Part shown: one piece after another, positions 1 to 12,870 of the stretch
Layout of the letters: every line of letters begins with the position of its first letter
Numbering within the stretch: position 1 is the stretch's first letter
Source: Phoronis australis
Taxonomy: Eukaryota; Animalia; Phoronida
Length of the DNA stretch: 64,000 nucleotides
Assembly: GCA_002633005.1 (NCBI GenBank)
Contig: NMRA01000004.1
Location: 1,307,793-1,371,792, forward strand
Direction: 5' to 3'
Made by a program: the position numbers and the translations under genes
The notes under the pieces: generated by a model
The model's input: only the letters and a program-made list of their open reading frames with translations
Database searches by the model: none
What the model was told of the DNA's origin: nothing

Positions 1-250
1 TTTTGTTGGACGGCGCGTTTATTGCCACTTCAACTAATTCTAGAATATTTCCAATCCCATTGTAACGTTAATTGGTTTAAGTAGAACGTTAGATTTTCTC
101 GGAAGTTTTGGGATTTATACCAGGTTTAATATTCTTAACACGCATAATTTTGAAAGCTGCACCTCGTCCTATTAGCAGACTGAAAACAAAAATCGAGTTA
201 GGTCTTTTAATCTCATAAAATCTGTCCCGTAACATTGCTTACCGTGTTAG

Positions 251-1311
251 GATGCTGTTCCCGCTGCCAGCAAGGGCATCAAAACCACCAACGACTGAAT
301 CTATTGGGGCTGGCTGATCCTAAAATTGGGACTTGAGTTACTAGCGGAAATGGAATCCTATCAAGGTAAGGACTGATTCTATGAAAGTAACAGTCTAATA
401 CGATTTTCGTTATTTCGACACCTACATGTAAATAAGGTGAAAGTTCAATAAAACCATCTAAATTCTGAACATTACTTGACGGATGTCCAAACAGTGGAAT
501 GAAAACATCTTCTCTGATGGCATTCTCTCATTTGCCCTTTCCTCAGGGTGGCAATACGTCACCTTGACAACTACGTTGGCTGTTACACGCAGTAGGAGTG
601 CAAGATCTGTATATCTACAGCCACTGCCAGCGTATCAACTTATGGGCACGTGACCTTCAGTTTTGACATGGGTGTGGTGATTCATTCCAAAGTTTTGCAT
701 ATTAGGGCTCACTAAATTCACACGGACACGCATTGTTCTCCGTCTATGAAATCGAAACTTCTAAAATAACCCAAGATCATTAATATACTCATAAAATATT
801 TATATAAGAAATCCTGTACTAATTGATTTGTTTTATTGAGTTAAAAGAACAAAATAGAATAGGCCTGAATTCATTACGATTTACCTGACCTCCGACCCAT
901 ACAAATATGTACCAAGTTGACTGGTACGTGCATCAGTCAAACACTCACTAATATTCCGTCTCAGATTGACATAGCTTTTGATTTAAAGTTTACAAAGCCT
1001 TTCAAAAATTGAACACAGCTGGTCTTGAAGAAATCTCAACCTCCGGGTCATTTATATAGGTATGATGCAGTTAACTTTTTACTAAATCTGACTGGACCAG
1101 ACACTGGATAAGTTTATTATTTATAAATCAGGAAGTAGAAATGTTTTTCGAATCTTTAGAACCTTCCAAATCGAATCTGTGTTTTCAATTCAGAGGCAAA
1201 GAGAACTGCGAACATAATTTTACCCAATAGATCCTCCCACTCAATGTGTTTACCGATTGTGCAGCTAAACAGGATCATATTTAAAGAAGAATTACACAGT
1301 TTCAAAAACAC
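251..1311 (+). other. Putative upstream (5' UTR) exons of the membrane-protein gene: 251-365, 547-?, 1194-1311
   Basis: Splice-site matches only: gtgttag|G at 250, AAG|gtaag at 365, tttcctcag| at 546, ttcaattcag| at 1193, CAC|gtgag at 1311. No long frame. Confidence 0.3.
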
Positions 1312-1856
1312 GTGAGTTAAGGCACGTTTTCTTGCAAAATTCCAAGGAACGGCTGCAGGTCAATTACCACATAAACAAAACAACACGAGACACTTGGGAA
1401 TTGCACGTGAATGTAACACGCAATTATTCCATAAATGTGAGAAGAGGTATTGCTCATGATTGACTGTTAGCCTTATAGAAAATGATAATTAATCAACTAC
1501 CTGGTGCCTTATCCAAAATTCATGACTTTACGACGGGAGAGCTTGCAAACGGTATGTGATAATGTATTGGAAAACTCGTATAGAGCTACAACAGACTATT
1601 ATCTGAGAGAATGTAACGTGGGCATTACATAATTTAAAAGATTTTTTCACACATATTTGAGAAGGGAAGATTTCCTCGACGTCTATCGACCATCGTCTTC
1701 CTTTATTTCCTGATTAAACCAAAAGTAGCGTGATAATTTTTTACACTAGGAAAAAACGTCAAAATGGGTGAGCTCCATTTTAAATGTTGGATTATCTTCC
1801 TTCCAGGAAAATATTGTGCTACTGCCTTCCACAATTGGCGTGACTAGCTATTGGAA

Positions 1857-3008
1857 ATGAATGAATCTCTGGATTCGAAGGATGGTTCCACGCAAATCAA
1901 CGGAGAAATTTCCACAACGAACGAACCAAGGTCTTCAGCGAATACTGATAAGAGCACGTCTCCTTTGTGGATACCTTATGTTTGTCTGTCATTGTTTATA
2001 CTTCTCGTTTTCTTTCTCTCTTTCTTGCACTATCGTAGGCAGTTAAGAATAAAAAGGAACGTGAAGTTATCTCCAGCGGATGACGCCGAGAATCCAGTTT
2101 CTGAACCAGCATACAAGTGGAAAAAGGTAAACAGTTCAGCGACGTCTAAGCGACAAGCAGAATCAAAAACTACTGCATTGCCATTTACAGATAGACTAAA
2201 AATGTTCAGTTCAGCTACAAATGGCAGTGTTGTCAATGACAAAAAGGGTTTGTCGTTTTTAGACAAGGTGAAGGCTCAAATTGCTCAAGAGGAGAGCGAA
2301 AATAATCACCTGGCTAGCGGCAGTAGTGCTAACTCGGTGTCGTCGTTACTAAGTGGAGTTAACCACAAAGAGATCTCCAGTAGAGGAGAGGAAACCACGA
2401 AGGAATCTGTAGAAGGTAAAGGGAACGCAGAAGCTGATGTAGATACCATAGACATTCCTAAAATGGGTACATGCAAGAGCAACTCTATTGACCTGTCGAC
2501 AAATGAAAACTCGCCTCGGGGACATCTTGCCACAAGTACAAATTGTAACAGTTTCCCTGTTTCCCCATCAGAGCAAATGTCTGAATTTAAACAAGTTTCC
2601 AACCAAACAGACCGCAAATCAAATGCAACTAAACAAGACATTGAAATTGTCGCGGCTTGTGAAGATATCGCCAAGCGTAAACAAGCAAAACGCCTTGGAA
2701 GGAAGACCAAATCGTCAGATGTATTCAGTGGAGAAAGCTATAACGAAATTACAGGTGAATCACGCTCGAGTTGTCGAAGTTCACCGGATCTCCCTCCTCT
2801 ACAAGAGACTGTTAGTAGATGTAGCAGTTCGTCAAACCTGTCTCCCTTGCCGCCAATTGTGGAGCGGTCGATGCGATTCAGTAAAGGATCATCTCTCCAA
2901 AGTTTGTTTGAAGTAGAGGAGTGCGGAATCAATGGTGTCCCACATAATCAGACATCATTTCGCTTTCCGCCAGTGCGAAATCGAAAATCCTTGGTGGATA
3001 TTGATTAA
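1857..3008 (+). CDS. Uncharacterised single-pass membrane protein (383 aa) with a long Ser-rich, probably disordered cytoplasmic tail
   Basis: Only long ORF in the window. First ATG at 1857, with an in-frame TAG at 1845 and an acceptor ttccag at 1801-1806. Hydrophobic segment LWIPYVCLSLFILLVFFLSFLHY is followed by a basic stop-transfer RRQLRIKR. No signal peptide, so type III topology is inferred. Confidence 0.75.
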   Translation: MNESLDSKDGSTQINGEISTTNEPRSSANTDKSTSPLWIPYVCLSLFILLVFFLSFLHYRRQLRIKRNVKLSPADDAENPVSEPAYKWKKVNSSATSKRQAESKTTALPFTDRLKMFSSATNGSVVNDKKGLSFLDKVKAQIAQEESENNHLASGSSANSVSSLLSGVNHKEISSRGEETTKESVEGKGNAEADVDTIDIPKMGTCKSNSIDLSTNENSPRGHLATSTNCNSFPVSPSEQMSEFKQVSNQTDRKSNATKQDIEIVAACEDIAKRKQAKRLGRKTKSSDVFSGESYNEITGESRSSCRSSPDLPPLQETVSRCSSSSNLSPLPPIVERSMRFSKGSSLQSLFEVEECGINGVPHNQTSFRFPPVRNRKSLVDID

Positions 3009-4047
3009 TATGTGTTTGATACGCCGTAAAATGTAACAATTTCATGAAATGTAACAACTGTTACATTTTATGTCATTGTTACATTTTACGTTGCTAGGCC
3101 TCTCTTAAAATGTAACAAGTTGTTACGTTTTATGTGATTGTTACAATTTACGTCTAATGAGCATGCGAGAAATGTACCATAGTTACATTTTACGAAAGCA
3201 TATTTGTCTATAAAATGTGCCAGGTCGAAATAATAGATGTGTCGCTGTGTGCTTTCAATGCTTTTTTAAATGTCTTAGTAGTTTTATGGTATAGTCAAAA
3301 ATGTACAGTGAACACTTTCAACTCCACACGAAAGGATTTTCTATGATCAGGTAACACGTTTTTTTATTGTTAAAGCGTTCTTGCAATCTGCAATCTTTTG
3401 TTGGCACTTACATGTCGTAAACAGTTGTGTATCCGGCATTTCAGTAAACACACTTCCCATAGTAAGCACAACAATGACATCGTATTTGGCTAATATTTAT
3501 CGTATTTCTTCGGGAACAAACGACAATAACAAAATTTTTCATAGAGGATTCAATTTCGGAAGCCAATTTGATAGAAATAACACCCGTTTTAGTCCACGAT
3601 AGTTTAGTTTATTTCAGCCAGTGTTTTATTGCCTTGGAGTCATCGCTAATGCAGTAATTGCCCTGCTTCGCACACAAGGAGCAAAACCAAAGTTTATGAT
3701 GCCAACGGGTTCTGTTCACCACCTTAGTTACGAATTACAATTTCTTAGACATTGTGGTGGAAGGAAATAAAAGCTTGCTTGCCGTCAGATTGACAGGTTT
3801 TGCCAAATCATCAGAAAAAATTCCCCTTTGAGAAGGGCGAGTCAAAAGTGGCGGTTTTATACAGAGCTGAGAGAAATATCATTGTTCATATGATGTCAGA
3901 CCTGTATGAAGTAGCGGTGGTAACAACAGATCAAACCGTGACGTGTATACGTAAAAATGGGATGCCTAGCTAAGGAAACAGAAAATATTTTGCTCTCTGA
4001 AATGACATCATCATATTGCTCAAACCTTATCTAGGTCAATTGTTTAA

Positions 4048-4884
4048 AGGGGCAACAGTCCAAAAAGCTGACTGTCGGCAGACTACAGAAGAATGCACTT
4101 TCTCTTTCTATTAAAATTGCTATTTGGTCAATGTTCGTTTGTTCGAAGTACGTATAAATAAAGACAGATTGGTCATTCTATTATTAATGGACGTGAAGTC
4201 ACGTGCCTCATGAGGCGCCATTTTTCAAGTTGTGTTGCAGCTCGCAGATAAGGGAATTTGGTGTATTAACCCTTTTAATACAATGCATTAAAAGCTCATA
4301 TTAAACATCGCTGACTTCGACGTTGGCCGGTTTTGTTCCATACAATCCACTTTCAATGAAACCTAGTTCAGACCATTCTGTTAAATCACTGTGTTTTTTC
4401 TAAGAATATTGGGGCCCGTTCTACATAAAATTGTTGCGTGTTTTGTGTGTCCGTTACCAGCTATTCTAATGACCCGGTGACAGCAGCCGACAAGTGGTTA
4501 GCTCTCGAAAAATGTCGGCCTCCAGAGTTCAACTTAACGCAAATTTTGAACTTACATATCATCGTGGAACAATCCCCAATTCTTTGAAAACCAATGTTTT
4601 CAACAAGAGACAAAATGATTACACGGTGGGTATCCTCACGTTTATATGTAAGTCGCGAGTAAAATATTGCGATCTGAATTCTGTTCTTCGTGGCAAACTT
4701 CGGATGGACATAGTTATATTTACAAACATACAGTGCTTTTCGACAGTTCAGAAATAATAATTTTTTGAAGTTGGTGCACGTCTAAACAAGATTTTAAATC
4801 TCAGCCTCCTCGTAGGCCTACTCTGCATCCACAGCTGTCAAGACGTTCCTCACAATATAGTTAAAGCTGAACGTAGGAGCCCCT
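4048..4884. mobile_element. Possible nested TTAA-flanked element (Kolobok-like)
   Basis: TTAA|AGGGGC ... GCCCCT|TTAA, with only a 6-bp terminal match. Confidence 0.35.
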
Positions 4885-5029
4885 TTAAAATCCTTTTGGA
4901 ACATCTCTCGCTATCCACTATGGAAAGCCCGATGAAAACATTGAACCATAAATGAGATGACTATAAAATCTTTGAGGACCATGATGTATTAGCACTGTTA
5001 AAGGTGTATTGTGTCCTCGTTAAATAAAT

Positions 5030-5240
5030 TTAAAATATTAATAAAAATAATAATATTATTATTATTAATGATAATAATAACGATAGCGAAAACGAGTATT
5101 AGTAGTGAATGTAGTAATAGTAGTTTTAACTACCATTGTTATTATTACGGCTATTACTACCTTAAAATGTAGTAATAGCCGTAATAATAACAATAGTAGT
5201 AACAGTAGTAATAGTAATGTATTACTAATAAAAATGATAA
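5030..5240. repeat. Degenerate (AAT)/(AGT) microsatellite, low complexity
   Basis: Runs of taataa, agtagt and agtaat. Confidence 0.8.
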
Positions 5241-6606
5241 TAGGTAGCCAAATTCATGTCGTGTCAGCCCGGAGTGCATTTGTATAGAAGTGGTATACGA
5301 AAAGTGCCGCACAAAAGTTTTTTTTTCACAAAAAAAATACTCTAAATGGGTCACTTTTTTGTCCGAACCTACTCTCTAAAAGGCTAGGTATGAAGTGTTT
5401 TCAGGCGGCACCCCTCGTCCAAAAATACTCCAGTGCCCCCCGGCCGTGTCATGTATCACTTGTTCATGATTTTGGTCATTTTCTTTGCAATATGACGTTG
5501 GTTTCGTAAAATGTAACAATGGTACATTTCTCGCATGTGCATTCGACGTGAAACATAATAACTACGTAAAACGTAACAACTTGTTACATTTTAAGAGGGG
5601 CTTAGCAACGTAAAATGTAACAATGACGTAAAATGTAACAGTTCTTACATTTTACGAAATTGTTATATTTTACGGCGTATCATGTGTTGTGCTGGAAAAT
5701 GGGTTGCTCAAGAACTTGCCTGTTTTTCATCTCTATACTAGGGTTGAGTTACAAGACGCAAGACACCTGTGAGTAAAACTAGTGTGATCACGTGCTTTGA
5801 CTGTAACTCATGGCGGTAACTCGTGAAGAATTGTGGGACCTTACTTTTTTGCGAGTGTCTTGCCTACTGCTACGCACAGCATCCGATGGCAACATGTGGT
5901 ATTTTGTAAGATAAAAACAAATCTAGAAAAAAACAGCAACATAGGAAACGTTTATTGTAAAATGCATTTCGTGACTTATAACTGGTGTTTGGTGTTGTAA
6001 ATTGTCTCCTAACATCTCGATGATAATCTTGTTTTTACCACTTAATTTTGTTGAGTATTGATTTATATCCCCAATGGTTCTCACATCGTATAATTATGGA
6101 AAAACGTAAGCCACGTTATTATCCGCTATGACGCAGTCTGCAGTTTATACGTTGTTTTAGACTCTGACATGTTGCCTATATTAACACTTTTTGCTCAAAC
6201 CACAGAATACATTGTACTTGAAGAGGGAGCGAGCAAGAACGGAGTGAGAATGGCACGAAGGAAGGGGTAGAGAGAAACTATTGTCAAAAAACATTTGACT
6301 ACTATAAAAATTAAATCGATAAAAGGAGAATAAAACGCAGACTAAAAGTGGTACAGAGCGTGAAAATAGACAAAATTGCATTATTCAGGAGTCAAAGTGT
6401 TCACCAGATATTTTTTACGTGCTTCGCCTTGTGGGAGAAAAATCTCTCGAAGTGGTAAGCAGTTGAGAGGTCCTGTTTTAAATGTGAACCTAAAAGAAAA
6501 AAAATTTTTGATATCAAAAGAAATTCAAAATCTTTACCAACAAACCGAAAGCATACCAGGTCAGTAGGTGAAATTCTGTTTCAGTGGCAGAGAACCATTT
6601 TGAATA

Positions 6607-7008
6607 TTGCATGACATAGTCCCAAAATGTCCCTAAATTTATGCGTACTTGTGGACTTTTGAAAACACTGATTGTCCTTCCTTAGCTGCTTTAGTTTCAT
6701 TACCAAGGCAATTTTGGCTTTGATACCAAACGAGAGTAAATTCTTCGTTGAATTCTCAATATCAGTGAAAATCAGGAAGGGTCTTTTTATGCAACGCCCA
6801 TAATTTAAGGACTATGTCCCTAAATTTTTTACTGAATTAATTGCTCGGTTTTTCGTTATATTAGAAAAGAATGTCATAAGTCAAAGAGGAGCTCATAATA
6901 AAGATAAAATAGTAGAAAAAATGTTACAGCTGTGAGTGAAGAACGAAACAAATACGCAAAAGATTGAGGGAACTCAGCTGATGGGACTGTTTTATGCAAC
7001 CAGGCACA
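6607..7008 (+). mobile_element. MITE, family with TTGCATGA(C/A)A(T/C)AGTCCC ends, copy 1
   Basis: ttgcatgacatagtccc at ~6608 and gggactgttttatgcaa at ~6983 are inverted. The internal sequence is reverse-similar to 54860-55316. Confidence 0.6.
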
Positions 7009-8469
7009 GGCCACTTTGAAATAACATTATGGGTGAGAAAAATAATTTACTGAGATAAGTCTCAGTGGGAAATCGAACCGGTCGCAGTGTGGTGCTCAGC
7101 TGGACGAGCTGGAATCCTACTTGGTATAACTGGTAGAGTAATTTAAGCGTATTTTGCTGGCTGAGAAGTTATCGTCCGTGATTTCACCGGACGACTGACG
7201 GGAAGTTTTGTCACAAAAACACAACATATTTCGTTGCTGTTTTCGCTCAGGTCAAAGCTATTAACTTCAGGAAGTCTATTCTACTCAACAAAAATACCCA
7301 GACTACATTTTCCTGCTGTCCCATCAGTCCTATTAAAATTTTGTTGCCACTCTTTGGGTTTTTTTTCCTTGTTCTCGCACTATGCAAATTAGTATACCAC
7401 AAACGACGTTTTCTGTTTATATGCTTTAAGGGGTCCATAGGTATGCAATCAGGTCACTGAATTTTGACAGAACAGGGAATGGGAATCGAATAAGTTTTGG
7501 AGGCTTTGGTTCTATTGCAATAAACCCCTTACGTGCAGGAAGGGTCGGAGCATATCTATTAAAGCCGCATTTAACACGTGCTTTCTGTCAAGGACAAAAG
7601 TTCGTTTATGGCAGCTACCGTTATGAAATTGATCCCAGACTGTTTGTCAATATAAACTGTGCTTGGAGAGAACTGACTGTTCGTTATCTCTTCCGGTAAG
7701 CTCAAAGCGTGTGTGCATAAGGGCGAGTAGATTTTGTAAGTTGAAATGACTAGTGAATACGTCTCACTTCCCACAACCAACACCAGCTGAAATTGAATCA
7801 TGGTGAAGCTACCTCAAGTTTCAGCTATAAGACATGTTAATGAATTAGAAGAAATAATCGAGATCGGTTAGTTCCCTTTTTCTCGCCTCTCTATAGTTAA
7901 ACTGCGATCCAAATATTGAGATAACTGCTTGGATATCGCCGCTTTCCGACGACAGCGCACTTTTTAAGTTCTCTTGCCAATCACACCGTCACCGGCTTTG
8001 TTGGCCAGTTAGAAACGTAAAGCGGAAGAAAAACCATCCACACTTTTTTCAACAAATAAATATTTTTAAAAGAAAGCAGGGCGCTCTTCACCTAGGTCAA
8101 TCACGCGTACATGTGTTTCATTGTCATTTTTGCCGCGATCAACACATCGACGTTTCCCCGACAGTTGCCATGTCATTAATAATTTAATTATACCGTTTGC
8201 CATTAAATTAAGTATTCTCTGTGGAGTTATGTCATATGCAGTTGTATTTATGAAGAACTACAAGGTCGTCGCCGCTCACCTGTAGGAAATTGGAGAACTC
8301 AGTTTTCAGGATTTTATGACTCCATTTGACAGAAGCTTGCTTGAAACGCCCATCGGCAATTGTCAGGGACTTTATCTTTCTAAAATAGCTGTTTGTCTTG
8401 GGGGGCACAGAACAGTTCTCACTGGGGTTTGCCTATCAGAACACACGTCAATGGACTCGTCACCCTTTC

Positions 8470-10110
8470 TTCATTCTGTCAAAAACTGACTGCAAAGAAA
8501 GAAACATTTTGAATTGCTTTCCTTCACAGAGGCTGGAAGTGAATTCCAGTTATTGTTGCACAACATAACTGTAGACATTCTGAATGCCTGACTGAATAAC
8601 GGAGGGATCGCATATGGGGCGGAAGATCTCAAACCAGTACGATGGCCTTGTCTAGTATATAGATAAAATAGATTTTTTAACTGAGGCATTGTTGAAATTG
8701 TTTTGTACTTTGTAAGTAAAGGCGGTCACGTGAAGATTGCGTCGCGTAGACACTTTGGGCCACATGAGGCTATTCAAAACCTTAATTCTACTGGAACCAG
8801 TGTAAGCTCCAGTTATGAGTAAGGCTGCTTGGTACTTTAATTTCTCCAAGTGCTGGAGTGCACAGTTGCACAGTGTTGACAGACTGATGTGTAATATCAC
8901 AATGCTAGATGTGTGGAAGTCTAAAGGATTTGAACAGGACTTCTAAATGTGTAGAATTTAGATGGCGAGAGACAAATTTAAGTGGGTTAATTAGTTTCTG
9001 AGTTATATGTACGAGCTCCCGAACGTGTGGTGAAAAGGAAATTTCCATCTAACAGTATACTAAGATGTCTGTGTGACTGTTTTCTAGGAATGATTTCATC
9101 ATTAAGTTTGAAGTCATACGATGGGTCCACATAGTGGAGAGAATTATTAGATTTGGAGAAGGTGAGGTCAACTCTTTTTTCTGGTTTGAAATTTATTCTC
9201 CATTCTTGTGACCAAGAGCTGAGTTTATTCAAGTCATGTTGTAGCTACAACAAAATCTCAGGGCTATCTCTTGTAAAGGGGTAAAAATGCGCCGTGTTAT
9301 TTGCATAAAGGTACGTGCTACATGACCGGTTACCACGAAGGTCATTACTATAAACCAAGAAGAGAAGAGGGCCTAGTAGTCTACACTGCGGTACACCTGC
9401 GTTTACAAGGCAGGAGGAGATGACGTTGAAAGAACACAGTAGACACGAACACTATGAATGATCAGAGAGATATGAGGTGATCGTAAGAAGATTCCCAGTA
9501 ATGCATTAGGATCGGAGTTTATGAAAGAGAAGGTCATGAGGGACAGAGTCGAAAGCAGAGGTTATACCTAAAAGGATGGACCAGACACGCTCACCCTTCT
9601 CAAAATGTAAATAAACCTTTTCTTCTTCTTTAAACATGAGAAAAGCCCTACAAATTGTTTTTGCATTAATCCAGGTTCTCATACACTCCCTTGCAAACAA
9701 TCACTAGCAAGGCCGAGCTCAGAGAAAAAGGAGACACCTTTGTACAATGCTTGCTTAAATGCCAACCAGTGAAGCCAGGATTTGAATTTGTGTCTCCCAA
9801 GCCGGAGTCTACTGAGCCACACTCACAATGTCTCCTCGTTGAAGGAATATCGTGTACTATTTCAAAAAGTTGTGCCATGGTGCTGTTTTCCGGCAAAAAT
9901 CCAAATAGACGATGACAAATCAAGTTGTTTTGTTTGAAAAATGCAAGAATATTTTGAGCAATGATCTTCTCAAAGATTTTGAATAGAACGTTAAGTAAAG
10001 TTATCGTTAGATAATTAGAAATTTCAGTTTTGGAGTCCTTTTTGTGTATGGGAACCATAATTCCACGTTTCCAAGAAGACGGATGCACACCTTATAACTA
10101 ATTTTGTTAC
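8470..10110 (-). pseudogene. Decayed non-LTR retrotransposon (CR1/L2-like LINE) reverse-transcriptase region
   Basis: Frameshifted RT motifs in order: HPSSWKRGIMVPIHKKDSK..NY.TITLLNVLFKIFEKI, FGFLPENST, SAFDSVPHDLLFHKL, LSSWSQEWRINFKPEK, HLEKLKYQAALLITGAY, NWNSLPASVKES. Confidence 0.85.
9619..9838 (-). mobile_element. tRNA-derived SINE nested in the LINE RT
   Basis: Minus strand shows an A-box-like TGGCTCAGTAG, a B-box-like ATTCAAATCC and a (GAA)n tail. It interrupts the RT between VHDI and VYLHFEKG. Confidence 0.5.
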
Positions 10111-12059
10111 ATTGTCGGTATTGACGGCTTCTTAATCACATGTTTTAACGGCAATAACTGTTGAAATCACGTGCGTGTGTGTTTTTGACATGTAATCATC
10201 TAATTCCAAACTATACGATAAAATTGTAGCATCACCTCGTAATACGTACGTCAAAAGAAGATATAGGTTGAGCATTGAGCTGCGTAGTTAGATAGTGTAT
10301 CAGACGAAGTGCGTGTATCTGAATGGTGTCGATGGGGTCTTCTCCTTTATACCCATTCTTTCTTCAAATCATCTACTGGCGGAGTTGCCCACTAGAAATT
10401 GCCCATACTCGTCCGACAGCTTCCAGCTCACACTGTCTCAGATCCACTCGCTCAGCCCCAATCGTGTTTGTCGAGCAGAGTGACAGACATTGAGCTCAGT
10501 GTTTTATTTTTAGCCAATTGGGATCGTAGCAATTAACATCGTTGACATATTTAAGGTATGGTTTCACGTATTAACATGATCTTGATGTATAGATTTCATT
10601 CACTAGACACGCAAACAATGAAAGTTTCTAATTAAGAAGCAATTTTAGACTACGTACAGTTCTTCAGTCTTTTGCAGTGGGTTGCAGGCACATCAGTAGA
10701 AGTGGCGTCCGGAGAATTTGTCATTACTTAACCCGAAACCATATCTAGTGCCCACGCTCTGTTTAGTAGCTGAAAAATGTCCCCCTCCCGCCCTTGGCCC
10801 TTGCCACTTGCTGACAACAGCATCGCTGAATTTAGTTGCTATGAAAAAGCAACCCTTGTCCATTTTCAACGTGGGTATAGAAACCTTCCGGTCGTGTTTC
10901 ATGAGGTCAAACTTTGAAGCTGCATTGAACCCATGCTTTATGTTTTGTTTTGTCAAAAATCCTGCGACTCACGGACAAACTCGTCGATCGGGCTACAGGA
11001 CAACTTTCGCGGCAACCTTCAAAGTTGCTGTTTCAATCCTCTTTCAATAAATTATCGCAAACCAAGTAATTGTCTACTTTTCACTACGTTCTGCGAATGT
11101 TATTCGGTTTATCCTATTTGCTTTAAAAATTATCGATACCTTATCAATACTCCTGCTCACTGGATCACGGCATACATTCGAGAACAACTACACGTGTTGT
11201 TGAGCGCAATATGAGTACTATTCCATTTTCACCGTATCCATAATAAACCGGCTGCCAATAGATAAATATTTGATTTGTTGTTTTTTTCATTTTCATTTTC
11301 ATTGATCAAAGGCAGTAGCTGTGAAGTGCTCCTGTTGAAATGAATAATTGAAAACTTTTTTGAATGTGTTTACAATTAAGAGACTATTTACAATGAAGTG
11401 GTGGTAGAACATGAAACAGCGTGTGATGGTAATAGACTACAGAGGCTACAACTTTAAGAGTGATTCTCTCTGCTTGAAATCCTTATAGGGAGCAAACTGA
11501 GCACCTTAGGGGGGTTCGAGAGCATGCTCCCCGAATTTTTTAAAAGCACTTTAAGCCGTTATGAGCAGTTTTTATTTAAATCTCATAATTATTTTTGGTA
11601 AACATTTAAAGGTGAAAGTTTTTATCAGGCGGATGGAGGGGTCCGGAGGACTAATAAATTGCCTTTTAAGCTAGACATTTCCCGCCGAGGGCAGGAGAGT
11701 TAGAGCCTCTGAAAATACCCTTTGCGGGCAAGGATAAAGAGTGAAAATAGAGTAAGACATTTGATCGCGAGATGCGAAGAATGGTGTTGGGGAGAAAATC
11801 CATCTGTGCGCAGGGAATAGGTGCTGAAGAGAAGAATTGTGAATTTTATGCGCTGCTAGGTATGAGCCGCAGACAAGGACGGAATTGGTGCCCTGCGATG
11901 TGGCGGAAGGGCAATCTTGAAGGGTAGGGGCGACGGCCACAGCACAACAGACCAACATCAACAAGATTGCGGAAACTGTGGACCTTGAATTGTTATTTCA
12001 GTTTAGGGTCCAGTGACTTCAGCATATGTAACCATATTTTAATATACATCATCTAATTT

Positions 12060-12870
12060 CCACCACGGTTTAATTCAAGTTCATGAAACCTGAAACCTGG
12101 AATCTCGAACATTGGTCCATCCAGGATCCAGTGCCAGTTCTCTCGATAGTCAAAAATTAACGCTAGTTGCTAGTTCCAGGTTTAAAGTTTCATTCTTGAC
12201 ACCGCTGTTTCTACTGTCAGGAAATTGTCGGATTGGTCGCGATCGGCTAGTTGTATTTATATCCGTCGCTTCGTGACTGTCCGTCCGCCACGTTCATAAT
12301 TGCTTTAATATTCTTTTGAAAGAACCAAATCGTTTACCGTTTCCCGTCAATCAAGATATTACTAATGACGTCACCTGAAAGCTAAAAGTGTCATCAGTGT
12401 TCCAGGTTTCAACGCGAATGAGACTTGCAGTATGTGAGTTTCAATGCTGGAATGTTCCGCAAGTTGATTAAGAAAATAAATGAACTGGAAGGACAGTCCA
12501 TGTATTATCGATGCCGTTTCATTCCAGATTGCAGTGATTTTTTTTTATCTTTAATCCTGTAACTGGCTTCCTTTTCTTGAAACTTGGCTTGAAGTTGCAG
12601 TTAATCAAATTCGTAATCTGCGACATTCAGTGAAAATTGCAATAAGGAGCCTTCAACTTGCAAAGCACATGTTTTCCAGTCTTTCAGTTTATACTGGCAT
12701 GCTTGGAACCTGGAACTACTTGCTCTGATTTTTATTTCAATTAACGAATAGTAGTGAAGTTCAATGTGACGTCATCAAAAATATTTTAATTGACGGGACA
12801 TTTGTTCTTTCACAAAACTAATAATTACGCATCGTAGTCCAAGCTGAAATTCACTGGAACTTGGAATGAA
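12060..12870. repeat. Degenerate inverted-repeat element
   Basis: cccgtcaatcaagatattactaatgacgtcac (~12343-12374) is inverted to gtgacgtcatcaaaaatattttaattgacggg (~12766-12797). Repeated GAA(A)CCTGGAA motifs occur in both orientations. Confidence 0.4.

Larger units (their letters stand above)
3017..5682. mobile_element. Non-autonomous TIR DNA transposon, ~180-bp TIRs, 6-bp TSD TGTGTT
   Basis: Termini TGATACGCCGTAAAATGTAACAAT / ATTGTTATATTTTACGGCGTATCA. TGTGTT flanks both ends (3011-3016, 5683-5688). TIRs are built of AAATGTAACAA subrepeats. Confidence 0.85.

Noticed and set aside
9770-9810. GDTNSNPGF, a 2A-like peptide inside the LINE ORF
   Set aside because: It is the translated B box (TTCAAATCC) of the nested SINE and lacks the GDVExNPGP consensus.
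10693-11214. Overlapping 87-110 aa ORFs
   Set aside because: No recognisable motif or consistent splice structure; probably repeat-derived.
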